The notes under the pieces are model-generated. The model was not told the origin of the DNA, made no database searches, and saw only the letters and a program-made list of their open reading frames with translations. From an uncultured bacterium (lineage in GTDB: Bacteria; Chlamydiota; Chlamydiia; Chlamydiales; SM23-39), in the NCBI GenBank assembly GCA_963716985.1, contig OY970323.1, positions 1,856,001 to 1,920,000 of the forward strand: a stretch of 64,000 bases of DNA, in the 5' to 3' direction. The position numbers and the translations under genes are program-made. Below, in pieces: positions 1 to 10,050 of this stretch. Position 1 is the stretch's first letter, and each line of letters starts with the position of its first letter.

Positions 1-1
1 A

Positions 2-76
2 AATGCCGACAAACAAGCAATGGACGCTATCGCTCAGGCCTATATGGCGCTTGCAGAAGCTTCTCACAGAGGCTAA
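2..76 (+). CDS. 3' end of a gene entering from the left (product not identifiable)
   Basis: Open frame NADKQAMDAIAQAYMALAEASHRG* ends at a TAA just before a terminator. Confidence 0.45.
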   Translation, partial: NADKQAMDAIAQAYMALAEASHRG

Positions 77-104
77 AAGAGACGTCCGATTGTGGATCAA
101 ATGG

Positions 105-133
105 ACCCCTGTTCAAAAAACAGGGGTTTTTTT
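105..133 (+). terminator. Rho-independent terminator
   Basis: Stem ACCCCTGTT/AACAGGGGT followed by a T7 run. Confidence 0.8.
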
Positions 134-196
134 ATGGAAAGAAAAACTCTTGAGCAAATGTTCTTTTTCGTAGATAAATAAAAAAAGGAAAAAAAC

Positions 197-610
197 ATGC
201 TGCAAGATTTTCTCTCTCGTCTTTGTTCCGATCTAAAAATCGTGAGCAGTTTCCCTTTTGATGAAAAAGAGAAACATGTTATGTTCTCTCCCAGGGAGGG
301 CGTTGATCTCTTCCTTCAGGAGATGGACCAAGGAGTCTACTTTCATGCAACTATCATTGCATGTCCGCAAATCAAAAAGGAGGATCTCTTCCTCTATCTC
401 ATGAGAGCCAACCTTTTGGGGCGAGGAACCGGAGGAACTTCCATCGGATTGGATCCGCAAGAGAAGTTCTTGACTCTCTCGCGTTCGTTGGCTTATGAAT
501 TAAACTACACGGAGTTTAAAGAAAAACTCGAAGACTTCGTGAACTATCTTCTCTATTGGAGAGGGGAGATAGAAAAGTTTGAAAAGCAAGCTCGTGCAAC
601 CATATATTAA
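197..610 (+). CDS. scc4: CesT-family T3SS chaperone (CT663/Scc4-like)
   Basis: 137 aa with LMRANLLGRGTGG..IGLD and a C-terminal LEDFVNY helix; first gene of the chlamydial cds cluster. Confidence 0.85.
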   Translation: MLQDFLSRLCSDLKIVSSFPFDEKEKHVMFSPREGVDLFLQEMDQGVYFHATIIACPQIKKEDLFLYLMRANLLGRGTGGTSIGLDPQEKFLTLSRSLAYELNYTEFKEKLEDFVNYLLYWRGEIEKFEKQARATIY

Positions 611-623
611 ATAAAGAAAAAAG

Positions 624-2483
624 ATGCCTCCACATTTGATCGCAGAAGAGGGCCCCCTGAAGGGCAAAATCCTCAATTTGGAAGGACAGGACGAATGGAT
701 CATCGGGCGCGATCCCGATGTGGCCGACATTGTCTTGGAAGACACCACCGTTTCAAGAAAACATCTTCTCTGTAAAAAAGAAGCAGACGGACTGATCCTC
801 TCCGACCTCTCGCAAACCAACCCCATCCTCGTCAACGACCAGACCATAGGAGATGAATATCTTCTCAAAGAGGGCGATCTGGTCAAGATCGGACAAAACA
901 TCTTTCTCTACTCCGAAGAAGCGCTTCCCGTTTTTGACGACACTCCCATAGAACCGAAAGAAGAGATTCCGCCACCCGAAGAAAACCCGCCGCCCTTTGA
1001 GGAAAACAGAGCCGAAGAAATCCCCCCGGAAAAAGAAGAAGACCACCCTCCTGAAGAAGAACTGATTCGCGAAGAAGAGATCGAAGCGCCCTCTTACGAC
1101 ACGATTTTTGAGCCCGAAATGGAAGAGGAAGAGATCTCCTTTCTTCCGATCAAAGAACCTCCCTTCTTTTTAAAGGTGATTGCAGGACCCAATAGCGGCG
1201 CCGAGTTCGGAATGGCTGCGGGCAAAGAATACGTGCTCGGCAAGGACCCGGAGAGCTCCGATATTGCTTTCAACGACATGAGCGTCTCGAGAAGACATGC
1301 CAGAATTTCGATCGATGCCGATCGAAAAATTTTCATCGAAGATCTCGGATCCAAAAATAAAACCTTTGTCAACGCAGAAGAGATAAAGGAAAAAAAAGAA
1401 ATCCATCCCAATGATCTCATCACCATCGGGACCAGTCTTCTTCTCATCGTCGACAGAGAAGCTCCCGCAGAAACGATCTACTCCGAATCTCTCCATTACG
1501 AGAGAGCTTTTCCTGCAAAAAAAGAGGAGAGGAAAGAAGAGGTCCTTCCCGAAACAAAAGCCTTTGATTGGCGCAAAGTGGTCCTTCCCAAAAGTGTTCT
1601 GATCTTTGGCGGAATATTTATTTTTATTTTATTGATGGTCTTCCTCTCCCTCTTTTCCCTAGTAAAGCCCCACGCACTGGAAATTCCTACCAAAGACGTC
1701 AGCAAAGAGTTAAAAAAAATCATGGAAAAATATAGCGGCGTCGAGTTTTCCTACAATCCCAAAAGCGAAAGCCTCTTTTTACTCGGCCATGTGCTGACCG
1801 CCATCGACCATGAAGAGCTGCTCTATTCCTTAAACCAGACTCCCCCCATCGACCATCTGGAAGACAACGTGATCATCGATGAGTATGTCTGGAAAAATAT
1901 GAATGACCTCTTAAGTGAAAACGAGCCTTGGAGAGGAATCAATATCCACTCCCCAAGCCCCGGAAAATTCGTCATCAGCGGATTTGTCAAAGAAGCTGAA
2001 AGCGCCGAGGCGCTCTCCAACTACCTCCACATCCATTTTCCCTATACGGATCGTTTGGAAAACCGCGTCGTCATCGAAAGCATTTTAAATAGCCAAATCA
2101 ATGCGATTCTGCTTTCGAAAGGGTTCGAAGGGCTTGCCTTTCAGCTCACGGGCGGCGAGCTCATCCTCACGGGCAACTACAATGCAAAAGCAAAAGACAC
2201 TTACATGAGCACGATCAATATGCTCAAAACACTGAGCGGCATTCGTTCGGTGAAAGATCTCGGCGTCCCCTCTTCTCCCAATGCGGCCAGGATCGATTTG
2301 ACCAACAAATATCAAATCACCGGCTTTGCCGCTCAGGGCAAAGAAAATTTCGGCATCGTCATCAACGGGCAGATCATCACCGCCGGCGAAATGCTCGATG
2401 GGATGAAAGTAACTTCTATCGAACCAAATATAATTCTTCTTGAAAAAGAAAATTTAAAATATAAGATAAACTATAGTCGCTAG
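624..2483 (+). CDS. cdsD: T3SS inner membrane ring protein CdsD/SctD (two FHA domains, TM, BON-like domains)
   Basis: FHA motifs IGRD..VSRKH and LGKD..VSRRH, Glu/Pro linker, one TM, C-terminal LKYKINY. Confidence 0.92.
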   Translation: MPPHLIAEEGPLKGKILNLEGQDEWIIGRDPDVADIVLEDTTVSRKHLLCKKEADGLILSDLSQTNPILVNDQTIGDEYLLKEGDLVKIGQNIFLYSEEALPVFDDTPIEPKEEIPPPEENPPPFEENRAEEIPPEKEEDHPPEEELIREEEIEAPSYDTIFEPEMEEEEISFLPIKEPPFFLKVIAGPNSGAEFGMAAGKEYVLGKDPESSDIAFNDMSVSRRHARISIDADRKIFIEDLGSKNKTFVNAEEIKEKKEIHPNDLITIGTSLLLIVDREAPAETIYSESLHYERAFPAKKEERKEEVLPETKAFDWRKVVLPKSVLIFGGIFIFILLMVFLSLFSLVKPHALEIPTKDVSKELKKIMEKYSGVEFSYNPKSESLFLLGHVLTAIDHEELLYSLNQTPPIDHLEDNVIIDEYVWKNMNDLLSENEPWRGINIHSPSPGKFVISGFVKEAESAEALSNYLHIHFPYTDRLENRVVIESILNSQINAILLSKGFEGLAFQLTGGELILTGNYNAKAKDTYMSTINMLKTLSGIRSVKDLGVPSSPNAARIDLTNKYQITGFAAQGKENFGIVINGQIITAGEMLDGMKVTSIEPNIILLEKENLKYKINYSR

Positions 2484-2509
2484 CGGAATTAAAGGAGGAG
2501 GACAACCTT

Positions 2510-2743
2510 ATGTACGGATTGGAAGATAAGAAAAAAAAGCTATTCGTTTTTGATTTGGAAAACGATCTGAAAAAAAATCCCAAAAATGCCAAAGAGGTAT
2601 TCGATAAAATTGATGCCAGCATCAGTGAGATCAAAACTTCCTTGAGAAAAGGCGAGAAGAGCGCGGATTTTGAAAATCTAGGCGTTGTTCTCCAGGGCTA
2701 TACCGCATTGCAAAAAGTCCTCAAACGAGCCATTAAAAAATAG
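2510..2743 (+). CDS. cdsE: Needle chaperone CdsE
   Basis: FVFDLE..L and GYTALQKVL motifs, GGAGG RBS, position between cdsD and cdsF. Confidence 0.85.
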   Translation: MYGLEDKKKKLFVFDLENDLKKNPKNAKEVFDKIDASISEIKTSLRKGEKSADFENLGVVLQGYTALQKVLKRAIKK

Positions 2744-2753
2744 GAGAAAATTT

Positions 2754-3011
2754 ATGTCATCATCTGGCGAATCACATGCCGCGTCCCTTTCATTCAAAAC
2801 CTTGATCAGCGCCTATGTCCGTGCGCAAAGCGCCCTGGTCGCTAGGGTAAAATCCTTGGCCAGCCAAATTAGCCAAGCCACGCCGGGAAAATTTCTTTTG
2901 CTCCAATTCCAAATGTCGCAAATTACCCAGATCGGAGAATCCATTTCCAACCTGATTGCTCAGGTCAATTCGGTTCTCATGGCGTCTATTCGTAACCAAA
3001 AAACTCAGTAA
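2754..3011 (+). CDS. cdsF: T3SS needle subunit CdsF/SctF
   Basis: 85 aa from ATG 2754 after AGGAG; LQFQMSQITQIGESISNLIAQVN matches the chlamydial needle C-terminus; synteny. Confidence 0.85.
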   Translation: MSSSGESHAASLSFKTLISAYVRAQSALVARVKSLASQISQATPGKFLLLQFQMSQITQIGESISNLIAQVNSVLMASIRNQKTQ

Positions 3012-3039
3012 CCTAGTTTGATTTAAAGGGGAAAAAATT

Positions 3040-3474
3040 ATGTCCAACCTATTAAGCAAATACAAAAACGACCTGCTCCTCTTCCTGGAAGCCGGGTTCA
3101 TTGCCGTGAACCAGGCAGATGAAGACTCCGCCGTGAAACTCTTTAAAGTTGCAAAACTTTTAGATCCTGCAAACACGCTCTCTCAAATTGGAATCGGATA
3201 TTTGCACCTCCACAAGCTAGAGCTCAAAGAATCGATCCGCAATTTTGAGGAAGCATTGAAAAAAGACCCCCATAACGAAATGGCAAAAGCTTTCTTAGGG
3301 ATCGCCATGACCATGTCTTCCGCAGATATGAAGCAGGGAGAAAAAATCCTCCACGAGACGCAAAAATCAGGGGACAAGGGGATCAAAAGCCTTTCCAACA
3401 CAGCTCTTGACTTCGTAGAAAAATTTATCAAAAAAGAGCCCTCCCCGGTCGCTTTGAAAAACAAAAAGAAGTAA
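3040..3474 (+). CDS. cdsG: TPR needle chaperone CdsG
   Basis: LFLEAGFIAVNQADEDSA motif, TPR-like helices, synteny. Confidence 0.88.
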   Translation: MSNLLSKYKNDLLLFLEAGFIAVNQADEDSAVKLFKVAKLLDPANTLSQIGIGYLHLHKLELKESIRNFEEALKKDPHNEMAKAFLGIAMTMSSADMKQGEKILHETQKSGDKGIKSLSNTALDFVEKFIKKEPSPVALKNKKK

Positions 3475-3477
3475 ACC

Positions 3478-4134
3478 ATGGCAGATAACCCGCTCCCCAC
3501 GCCCGATATTCCCGGCTATGGCAAAGTCGAGCCTACCAAAGGATTCGACAAAGAGACCCATTTAAAGCCGCCCGACACGCAAGCCTTTCAGTCCTATATG
3601 AAAGAGCCGATGCAGAAGCAAACGCCAGAAACTGCAAACGAACGCATATCCCCCATGGAGCTTGCAAAAGCAGGCGCGCCAAAACAGGGAGCGCCGACTC
3701 TGGACAATTTCTTAAATCAGATCCAATCGACCACATCGCAAATTGAGAACATGCAGAATAATCTGGCAACTCCCAATTTGCGCTTCAAATCTTCCCAATC
3801 ACGCCTTTTTGAAAGCAAGCTCGGCGATGCCAGATCCCACATCGTATCTGCCTCCCAGAAATTGGGCGCTCCCCTCGTGCCGGAGACGGTCATCCCGCCG
3901 GGATCGGGGCCCGTCTTCAAGTTCATCAGCATGCTCACCGACGGACAAAGACAGCTGCTCGAAGCAAGAGCGCAGGTGGAAAAATTCAAGACAAAGGGAA
4001 ATAATCTTGCCCCGGGAGACATGCTCCTCATCCAAATCAAGCTTTCTCAAGCACAACAGGAAATTGAATATTCATCCATTCTCTTGAGCAAAGTAGTGGA
4101 CATCGTCAAACAAATGATCAACATTCAAATTTGA
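3478..4134 (+). CDS. CT668-like T3SS-associated protein
   Basis: C-terminal GDMLLIQIKLSQAQQEIEYSSILL; lies between cdsG and cdsN. Confidence 0.8.
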   Translation: MADNPLPTPDIPGYGKVEPTKGFDKETHLKPPDTQAFQSYMKEPMQKQTPETANERISPMELAKAGAPKQGAPTLDNFLNQIQSTTSQIENMQNNLATPNLRFKSSQSRLFESKLGDARSHIVSASQKLGAPLVPETVIPPGSGPVFKFISMLTDGQRQLLEARAQVEKFKTKGNNLAPGDMLLIQIKLSQAQQEIEYSSILLSKVVDIVKQMINIQI

Positions 4135-4140
4135 TGGATC

Positions 4141-5463
4141 ATGGAAAAAGACCATCCCGCTTCTCTTGATGCAATCATCGACCACCTGGACGAGGTCGAG
4201 CTCACCACGGTCCATGGAAGAATCACAGAAGTCATCGGAATGCTCATCAAGGCCGTTGTCCCCGAGGTCAAGATGGGAGACGTCTGCCTGATCAAACGAT
4301 CGCCCCACCCTCTTGTTGCCGAGGTCGTGGGTTTTACCAAAGAAGAAGTGCTTCTCTCCCCTCTATCAGATTTGGCCGGCATCGGCCCCACTTCCGAAGT
4401 CATTCCCCTGCGCACTCCTCTGCATATTAAAGTAGGGCCCCATCTTTTAGGCCGCATACTCAATGGCCTCGGAGAGCCCCTCGACGTAGATACGAAGGGC
4501 CCTTTGATCACGGAAGAAGAGTTTCCCGTCATCAACCCTCCTCCGGATCCCCTGAAGAGAAAGATCATTGATAAGCCCATCTCCGTCGGCGTTCGCTGCA
4601 TCGATGGCGTCCTGACCTGCGGACAGGGGCAAAGAATTGGCATTTTTGCCGGATCGGGAGTGGGAAAATCGACCCTTTTGGGCATGATTGCCCGTAATGC
4701 GATCGCCGATGTCAACGTGATCTCTCTCATTGGAGAGAGAGGCAGAGAGGTGAGAGAATTCATCGAAAATGACCTTGGAGAAGAGGGGCTCAAACGTTCC
4801 GTGGTCATCGTTTCCACATCGGACCAGGCAGCCCAGCTCAGAATTCATGCAGCCAACGTCGGAACGGCCATTGCGGAGTATTTCAGAAGCCAGGGCAAAT
4901 CCGTCATCTTGATGATGGACTCCGTGACCCGCTATGCACGGGCGATCCGCGAGATTGGCCTTGCAGCCGGAGAGCCTCCCGCAAGAGCCGGGTACACTCC
5001 CTCCGTTTTTGCCACGCTTCCCCGTCTTTTGGAACGTTCGGGCAATTCCGAAAAAGGATCGATCACCGCTTTTTATACCATACTCGTGGCCGGCGATGAT
5101 CTCAACGAGCCCGTCTCCGACGAGGTGCGCTCCATTCTCGACGGGCACATCGTTTTATCCAACGAGCTGGCGCGCCAACACCATTATCCCGCTATCGACG
5201 TACTCTCCTCCATCAGCCGCATACTGCCCGCAATTGCCGAAAAAAAACACCTCGACCAGATCGCTCTTCTTCGCGAAGTTTTGGCCAACTACAAAAAGAA
5301 TGAGCTCCTCATACGAATCGGCGAATACAAGCCCGGATCCGACAAAAATGCCGACTTTGCCATTCGCTTCAACGACAAGGTCAATCAATTTTTAAAACAA
5401 AAAATCGAAGAGAAATCCACCTTTGAACAGACCCTGAATCAATTGTTCAACCTCTTCCGATAA
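4141..5463 (+). CDS. cdsN: T3SS ATPase CdsN/SctN
   Basis: Walker A GSGVGKS, GERGRE, Walker B LMMDSVTR, YPAIDVL. Confidence 0.97.
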   Translation: MEKDHPASLDAIIDHLDEVELTTVHGRITEVIGMLIKAVVPEVKMGDVCLIKRSPHPLVAEVVGFTKEEVLLSPLSDLAGIGPTSEVIPLRTPLHIKVGPHLLGRILNGLGEPLDVDTKGPLITEEEFPVINPPPDPLKRKIIDKPISVGVRCIDGVLTCGQGQRIGIFAGSGVGKSTLLGMIARNAIADVNVISLIGERGREVREFIENDLGEEGLKRSVVIVSTSDQAAQLRIHAANVGTAIAEYFRSQGKSVILMMDSVTRYARAIREIGLAAGEPPARAGYTPSVFATLPRLLERSGNSEKGSITAFYTILVAGDDLNEPVSDEVRSILDGHIVLSNELARQHHYPAIDVLSSISRILPAIAEKKHLDQIALLREVLANYKKNELLIRIGEYKPGSDKNADFAIRFNDKVNQFLKQKIEEKSTFEQTLNQLFNLFR

Positions 5464-5468
5464 AGCCC

Positions 5469-5972
5469 ATGAACGTGCTGCAGTATCCACTAGAACAGCT
5501 CATCAAGATCAAAAACAAACGATTTGAAGAAGCGATCAAGGTTTTAGAAGAAAAAAAAGCTCTGCTGCAAAAAGAAGAAGAGATCCTCAAGCAAAAGGAA
5601 AAAGAGCGCGACGAGGTTTTACAACATAAGGAAGATAAATTACGCCAGCTCAGAGAGACGCTTGACAAGGAATCCACCTCAAGTAAAATCCAGCAGATGA
5701 AGCGCTATCTCGAAGTGGTTAAAGAGCGCCTTGCGGCAAAGGAAGTGCTGGTTAAAAAACAAAAAGAGGCAGTCGCAAAAGCAGAAACCGAGGTCTTGGA
5801 AGCTAAAAAAGTGGTCTTTCTTCGACAGAAAGATATGGAAAAGCTCGAAATTCACAAAAAAGAATGGCTCGAAGAGGTACGCCTTTGGAGCGAAAGGGAA
5901 GAGGGAATCGCTCAAGACGAAATCGGATCAACTCGATATTCTCGACAAAAACGGGAAAAAAGAAAAAGATAG
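5469..5972 (+). CDS. cdsO: T3SS stalk protein CdsO/SctO
   Basis: N-terminal YPLEQL..IK, charged coiled coil, follows cdsN. Confidence 0.88.
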   Translation: MNVLQYPLEQLIKIKNKRFEEAIKVLEEKKALLQKEEEILKQKEKERDEVLQHKEDKLRQLRETLDKESTSSKIQQMKRYLEVVKERLAAKEVLVKKQKEAVAKAETEVLEAKKVVFLRQKDMEKLEIHKKEWLEEVRLWSEREEGIAQDEIGSTRYSRQKREKRKR

Positions 5973-5988
5973 AAGGAAAGGTGGTTGT

Positions 5989-7179
5989 ATGACTGAACGC
6001 GTTGGGGGCCCCCCGTCCCCTTCATCTCCGGGCGAGCGAAAGAAAGCCCCTAATTCCGAAAGGTTCCAAAAAGAAATCGAGAAAATAGAAAAACCCGGAG
6101 AAACCGAATTCGAAAAACAGAAAAAAAATCGGTTTTTCATGCATGAAGAAGAAAAAACGCTCCCTCCTCCTCCGTTGAAAGCCTATCGAAAAGAAATGGA
6201 GCGCCCGGTAGAAGACCTGCCGCAATCTCCCGGTTTTTACAAACAGGTCGATTTGCACGAAAAAAACATAGCCCCGGAAAGAAGGACATCTGAAGAATCG
6301 CCCGAGTCCTTGAGAAAAAAAGAGGAGAAGCAAAAAGAAAAAGAGGGCGTTTCGGTCGAAAAAAAAGAGAGGGAAAGCATATTCTCCCTCGTGCCCGGAC
6401 AAAAAGCGAAAAAAATGGATAGCGAGAAAAAGGCGCCCCCTTTGACAAAAGAAGAGATGGAAGAAGAGCTGCAAACCATTCCTTCCAAAAAAAAGATGGA
6501 GTTTGAAAAAGCTCCCCCTCTTGCCATGAAGAAAGAGGAAAAAGAGGCCCTTTTTCCTACATCCGAAAAAGAAAAAAAAGAGCCTGCGATCGCGAAGATA
6601 CAACCAAAAAAAATCCAGGAAGAAAAAAAAGCCCCCTCCCTTGTCGAACCGCTTCCTCAAAAGAAAGAAGAAAAGCTCAGGAAGAAAGATCTGGAAAAAC
6701 CCAAATCCCTAGAAATAAAAAAAGAACCGCTTCCCCAGACCAAGGAAGGGCTCCCCATTTTAAAAGAGCCTCCCCCCAATATTCAGGCACAAGCCAGCGC
6801 AAGCGCTTCCGCCGTCGCACCCTATATCACGGCAAAAAATCTTCCTCTTTTTGAACGCATGGTGGGCACGGTCCTGCAGATGACAAATCAGGGGTTGGAG
6901 AAATGCGAAATCCTCCTCACCTCTCCCGCCTTCGTAGGATCCAAATATTATGGAACGAAAATCGTTTTCGAAAAATATGCTTCCGCTCCCGATTCTTTCA
7001 ACATCCATTTGACCGGATCCGATGAGGCCGTCACTACCTTCAACGGAAACCTCGAAGGGCTCGTGCAGGCCTTCGATAAAGGACATTTTTCCTTCAAAGT
7101 CGGCAGGCTATGGGCAGAATATGAAACGGATCGTCCTTTGTTTAAAAGAAAATCTCCGATCGAATCAGCAGAAGAATAG
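5989..7179 (+). CDS. cdsP: Needle-length ruler CdsP/SctP (CT671-like)
   Basis: ATG 5989 after AAGGTGG; Lys/Glu/Pro low-complexity N-half and folded C-terminal domain; position between cdsO and cdsQ. Confidence 0.75.
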   Translation: MTERVGGPPSPSSPGERKKAPNSERFQKEIEKIEKPGETEFEKQKKNRFFMHEEEKTLPPPPLKAYRKEMERPVEDLPQSPGFYKQVDLHEKNIAPERRTSEESPESLRKKEEKQKEKEGVSVEKKERESIFSLVPGQKAKKMDSEKKAPPLTKEEMEEELQTIPSKKKMEFEKAPPLAMKKEEKEALFPTSEKEKKEPAIAKIQPKKIQEEKKAPSLVEPLPQKKEEKLRKKDLEKPKSLEIKKEPLPQTKEGLPILKEPPPNIQAQASASASAVAPYITAKNLPLFERMVGTVLQMTNQGLEKCEILLTSPAFVGSKYYGTKIVFEKYASAPDSFNIHLTGSDEAVTTFNGNLEGLVQAFDKGHFSFKVGRLWAEYETDRPLFKRKSPIESAEE

Positions 7180-7185
7180 GACTTT

Positions 7186-8283
7186 ATGCAAGAAGAAAAA
7201 AGCTTTCCGCCGGCGACTTTAGAAAAAATCTCTGAAATTCTCATCGCCTCCGATCAAATCCCTCTTTTGGGCGCGCCCTCCCCTTTTCCCTGGGATGATT
7301 TTACCTCTCTTCTTTCCAAGCTTTTTGATGGCAAAGAGGTGCACATCACCCGAAAACCCATTCAGTGGAAAACCAGAGAAGAGCTTCACAGATCCATGGG
7401 AGACGACGCTTCTTCCACTTTCCTCCTCCTATCGCCGCTCGACGGAGACGCTCTTTGGATCATGCCAAAAGCAGATATTCACAAGCTCACGAGCTCTGCC
7501 CTGTTCAAAAATGGGGAAACGAAGGGATTTTTGTCCGCTATTTTAGAAGAGGGGTATTTTCGCTACCTTGTTTTAGACGCACTCTCCCTTCTCTCCAAAA
7601 TGGAGCTCTTCTCTCCCTTTTCTCTCAAGATTTCCGAAACAACCGAGCCAAATGACAACGCCTATCTGTGCCAAGACCTTCATTTGAAAATCGACTCTCA
7701 GGGCTTCATGGGAAGAGTGGCCATCTCCTCGTCTTTGCAAAAATCATGGCAGCAGCATTTTTTGCAAGAATGCCCCCGTTTTCCCGAAAAGATTGCCTCT
7801 TCTTTAGAACTGACCCTCTCGCTGCAAACAAAACCGCTCTCTCTTCTCCCCTCTCTTTGGAAAAAAATTTCTCTTGGTGACTTTTTGCTGCTCGACTCAT
7901 TAGACTACGATCCCAAAAAAGGAAAAACCTCCCTTCTCGTCGCTTTGGGGACGCTTCCTCTTTTTCAAGCAACAGTCCAAAAGGACTCAGTAGAGCTGAT
8001 CAACCATGCATCTTTTCATGAGGAGACTTCAATGGAAGACAATAACCATTCATCGAACGAAACAGAAGTTGCTTTGAGCAACATTCCCCTCCACATAGTA
8101 GTAGAAATAGGCCGCATTCCCATCACCTTGCAAAAACTGACCGAGCTGCAAAGCGGAAATTTTCTGCAGATTCCTTCCTTTGACAATAAGGTTTCGTTGC
8201 TTGTGGGAGGAAAAAAGCTGGGGGCCGGCGAACTTGTCTATATCGGCGACGCTCTTGGAGTCAGGATCACCGAAATTTCCTGA
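7186..8283 (+). CDS. cdsQ: T3SS C-ring protein CdsQ/SctQ
   Basis: C-terminal SpoA domain (VEIGR..GELVYIGDALGVRI). Confidence 0.93.
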   Translation: MQEEKSFPPATLEKISEILIASDQIPLLGAPSPFPWDDFTSLLSKLFDGKEVHITRKPIQWKTREELHRSMGDDASSTFLLLSPLDGDALWIMPKADIHKLTSSALFKNGETKGFLSAILEEGYFRYLVLDALSLLSKMELFSPFSLKISETTEPNDNAYLCQDLHLKIDSQGFMGRVAISSSLQKSWQQHFLQECPRFPEKIASSLELTLSLQTKPLSLLPSLWKKISLGDFLLLDSLDYDPKKGKTSLLVALGTLPLFQATVQKDSVELINHASFHEETSMEDNNHSSNETEVALSNIPLHIVVEIGRIPITLQKLTELQSGNFLQIPSFDNKVSLLVGGKKLGAGELVYIGDALGVRITEIS

Positions 8284-8333
8284 TCTACCGAAAAATTTCT
8301 TTTCCTTTTTTCCGAAAGAATGGTTAATTAAGA

Positions 8334-9923
8334 ATGACCATACAGAGCTCTATGTTCAGCAAACAGAACACTCTTCCCGATCTCGTGGGGGAAAAAGATA
8401 TTCCCTTTCCTTGCCCCTCGCATATTGGGCCCTATAAAATCGAAAGCCTTTTCAATAGAGGGGGGATGAGCATTCTTTACCTGGCCACCGAGCCCTCGAT
8501 CCCTCGCCCCCTCATCATCAAAGTCCTCTCTCCCCGCTTGTCAAAAAACAAAGAAATATCCGCCCGCTTCCTCAAAGAGGCAGAAATCATTGCGATGACC
8601 AACCATCCCAACATCGTCAAACTCTATGGACAGGGAGAATGGGAAAAGGGGCTTTATATCGCAATGGAGTTCATCCAGGGGATATCTTTACGGCAATTCA
8701 TCCAAAACCATGCGCTCTCTCAAAAAAGAGCGCTCGAAATCATCTTGCAAGTCGCCTACGCCCTTTGTCATCTTCATGCTCACGGCGTCATCCATCGTGA
8801 TCTCAAGCCGGAAAACATTCTCATCACGGAAAACGGCGACGTGAAGGTGATCGATTTTGGAATCGCGCAACTGCAAACTCACCTTGCTTTAGAGAAAAAA
8901 ACAAGCAAACGGACGATCGGAACTCCTGCCTACATGAGTCCGGAGCAAAAAGAAGACAGCAGCCATGTGACTTTTTCCTCCGACATCTACTCTTTGGGCA
9001 TCATCGCCTATGAACTGCTCGTCGGCCGGCTCAGCCATGGCGTCATTCACCTCTCTTTGCTTCCGAAAAAACTTGCAGAAATTCTCGACAAGGCGCTCAA
9101 GCTCGATCCCAAAGAACGCACGCAAGACATCGTCGATTTTATTACGGACATCTCCCAGTATTTGAAAGAATATCGAGAAAACAAAAGCGAAGAGCGATTT
9201 GACGAGGTGTACGACTCTCTTCAAAAAAGTTTCCATTTACTCTTTCCCCAAACGCCTCCTTCCTGGCCCGAAGCCGAAATCACCATTGCGGTCAGCGAAG
9301 GGATCTCCTTAGTGGCCCTCTATCTCGATTTTTTTCATCTTTCGGAAAACCGCTACCTGATCGCCGTCGGACAGAGCAAAGGGGAAAACATCGCCTCTTT
9401 CATTTCCACTTCCGTCTTAAGAGGCATGGTGCGGATGAGCGCTGAAGAGTTTTTCCAAAAAAAAGAGCACCCCTCCGATTTGATGAATCTTCTGAACGAA
9501 GCGCTTCTCAAAGATCCCATGAAGGAGAGTTTTTCGCTCGCGCTTCTTCTTCTCGACCACAGACAGAATCAGCTCTCTTTCTCCTCTTGCGGCATGGGGG
9601 ATCTTCTCTATCGTCCGATTGATTCCGAAAAAATCGTTTCTCTGTCCACGCCCAACAACAAACTGGGCATCAAAGGAAAAACCATCGTCGAAACTTCCGG
9701 CAACTGGGACATCAGCGATCATCTCTTTTTTTATAGCCAGGAAGAGATTCTTCTCCTCTCGCCCAAAGAGAGAAATGAAAAACAAGAAGAGCTAAAAAAG
9801 GGCCTGTCTGATAATCTCATCTTTCCGCCACGACGGCAGGTGCAAAAACTTTTACAAAAAATAGAACAAAGCACAACATCACAAAAAGCTTATTTTGCTC
9901 TTTCTATTCAAAGGATGCATTGA
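8334..9923 (+). CDS. pkn5: Ser/Thr kinase Pkn5 with degenerate C-terminal SpoIIE/PP2C-like domain
   Basis: GGMS, IIK, HRDLKPEN, DFG, GTPAYMSPEQ, SDIYSLG motifs; position before cdsC. Confidence 0.9.
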   Translation: MTIQSSMFSKQNTLPDLVGEKDIPFPCPSHIGPYKIESLFNRGGMSILYLATEPSIPRPLIIKVLSPRLSKNKEISARFLKEAEIIAMTNHPNIVKLYGQGEWEKGLYIAMEFIQGISLRQFIQNHALSQKRALEIILQVAYALCHLHAHGVIHRDLKPENILITENGDVKVIDFGIAQLQTHLALEKKTSKRTIGTPAYMSPEQKEDSSHVTFSSDIYSLGIIAYELLVGRLSHGVIHLSLLPKKLAEILDKALKLDPKERTQDIVDFITDISQYLKEYRENKSEERFDEVYDSLQKSFHLLFPQTPPSWPEAEITIAVSEGISLVALYLDFFHLSENRYLIAVGQSKGENIASFISTSVLRGMVRMSAEEFFQKKEHPSDLMNLLNEALLKDPMKESFSLALLLLDHRQNQLSFSSCGMGDLLYRPIDSEKIVSLSTPNNKLGIKGKTIVETSGNWDISDHLFFYSQEEILLLSPKERNEKQEELKKGLSDNLIFPPRRQVQKLLQKIEQSTTSQKAYFALSIQRMH

Positions 9924-10050
9924 AAGACAAACCCACGAAAAAAGAGCAGGGGAAACGTTGCAATATTTGATAGAGTATTTTAGCATGCAATAGAGAACTC
10001 AAGAAAAAGCGAAGGCTATTTTTGGCTGACTTGGAATTGTGGGCGCTCCT

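Noticed and set aside
930..1140. Glu/Pro-rich repetitive stretch in cdsD
   Set aside because: Low-complexity linker between FHA domains, expected in chlamydial CdsD.
4125..5148. Long antisense ORFs over cdsN (similar ones over cdsC, GT10, kdpB)
   Set aside because: Shadow frames of well-supported genes with no recognisable motifs.
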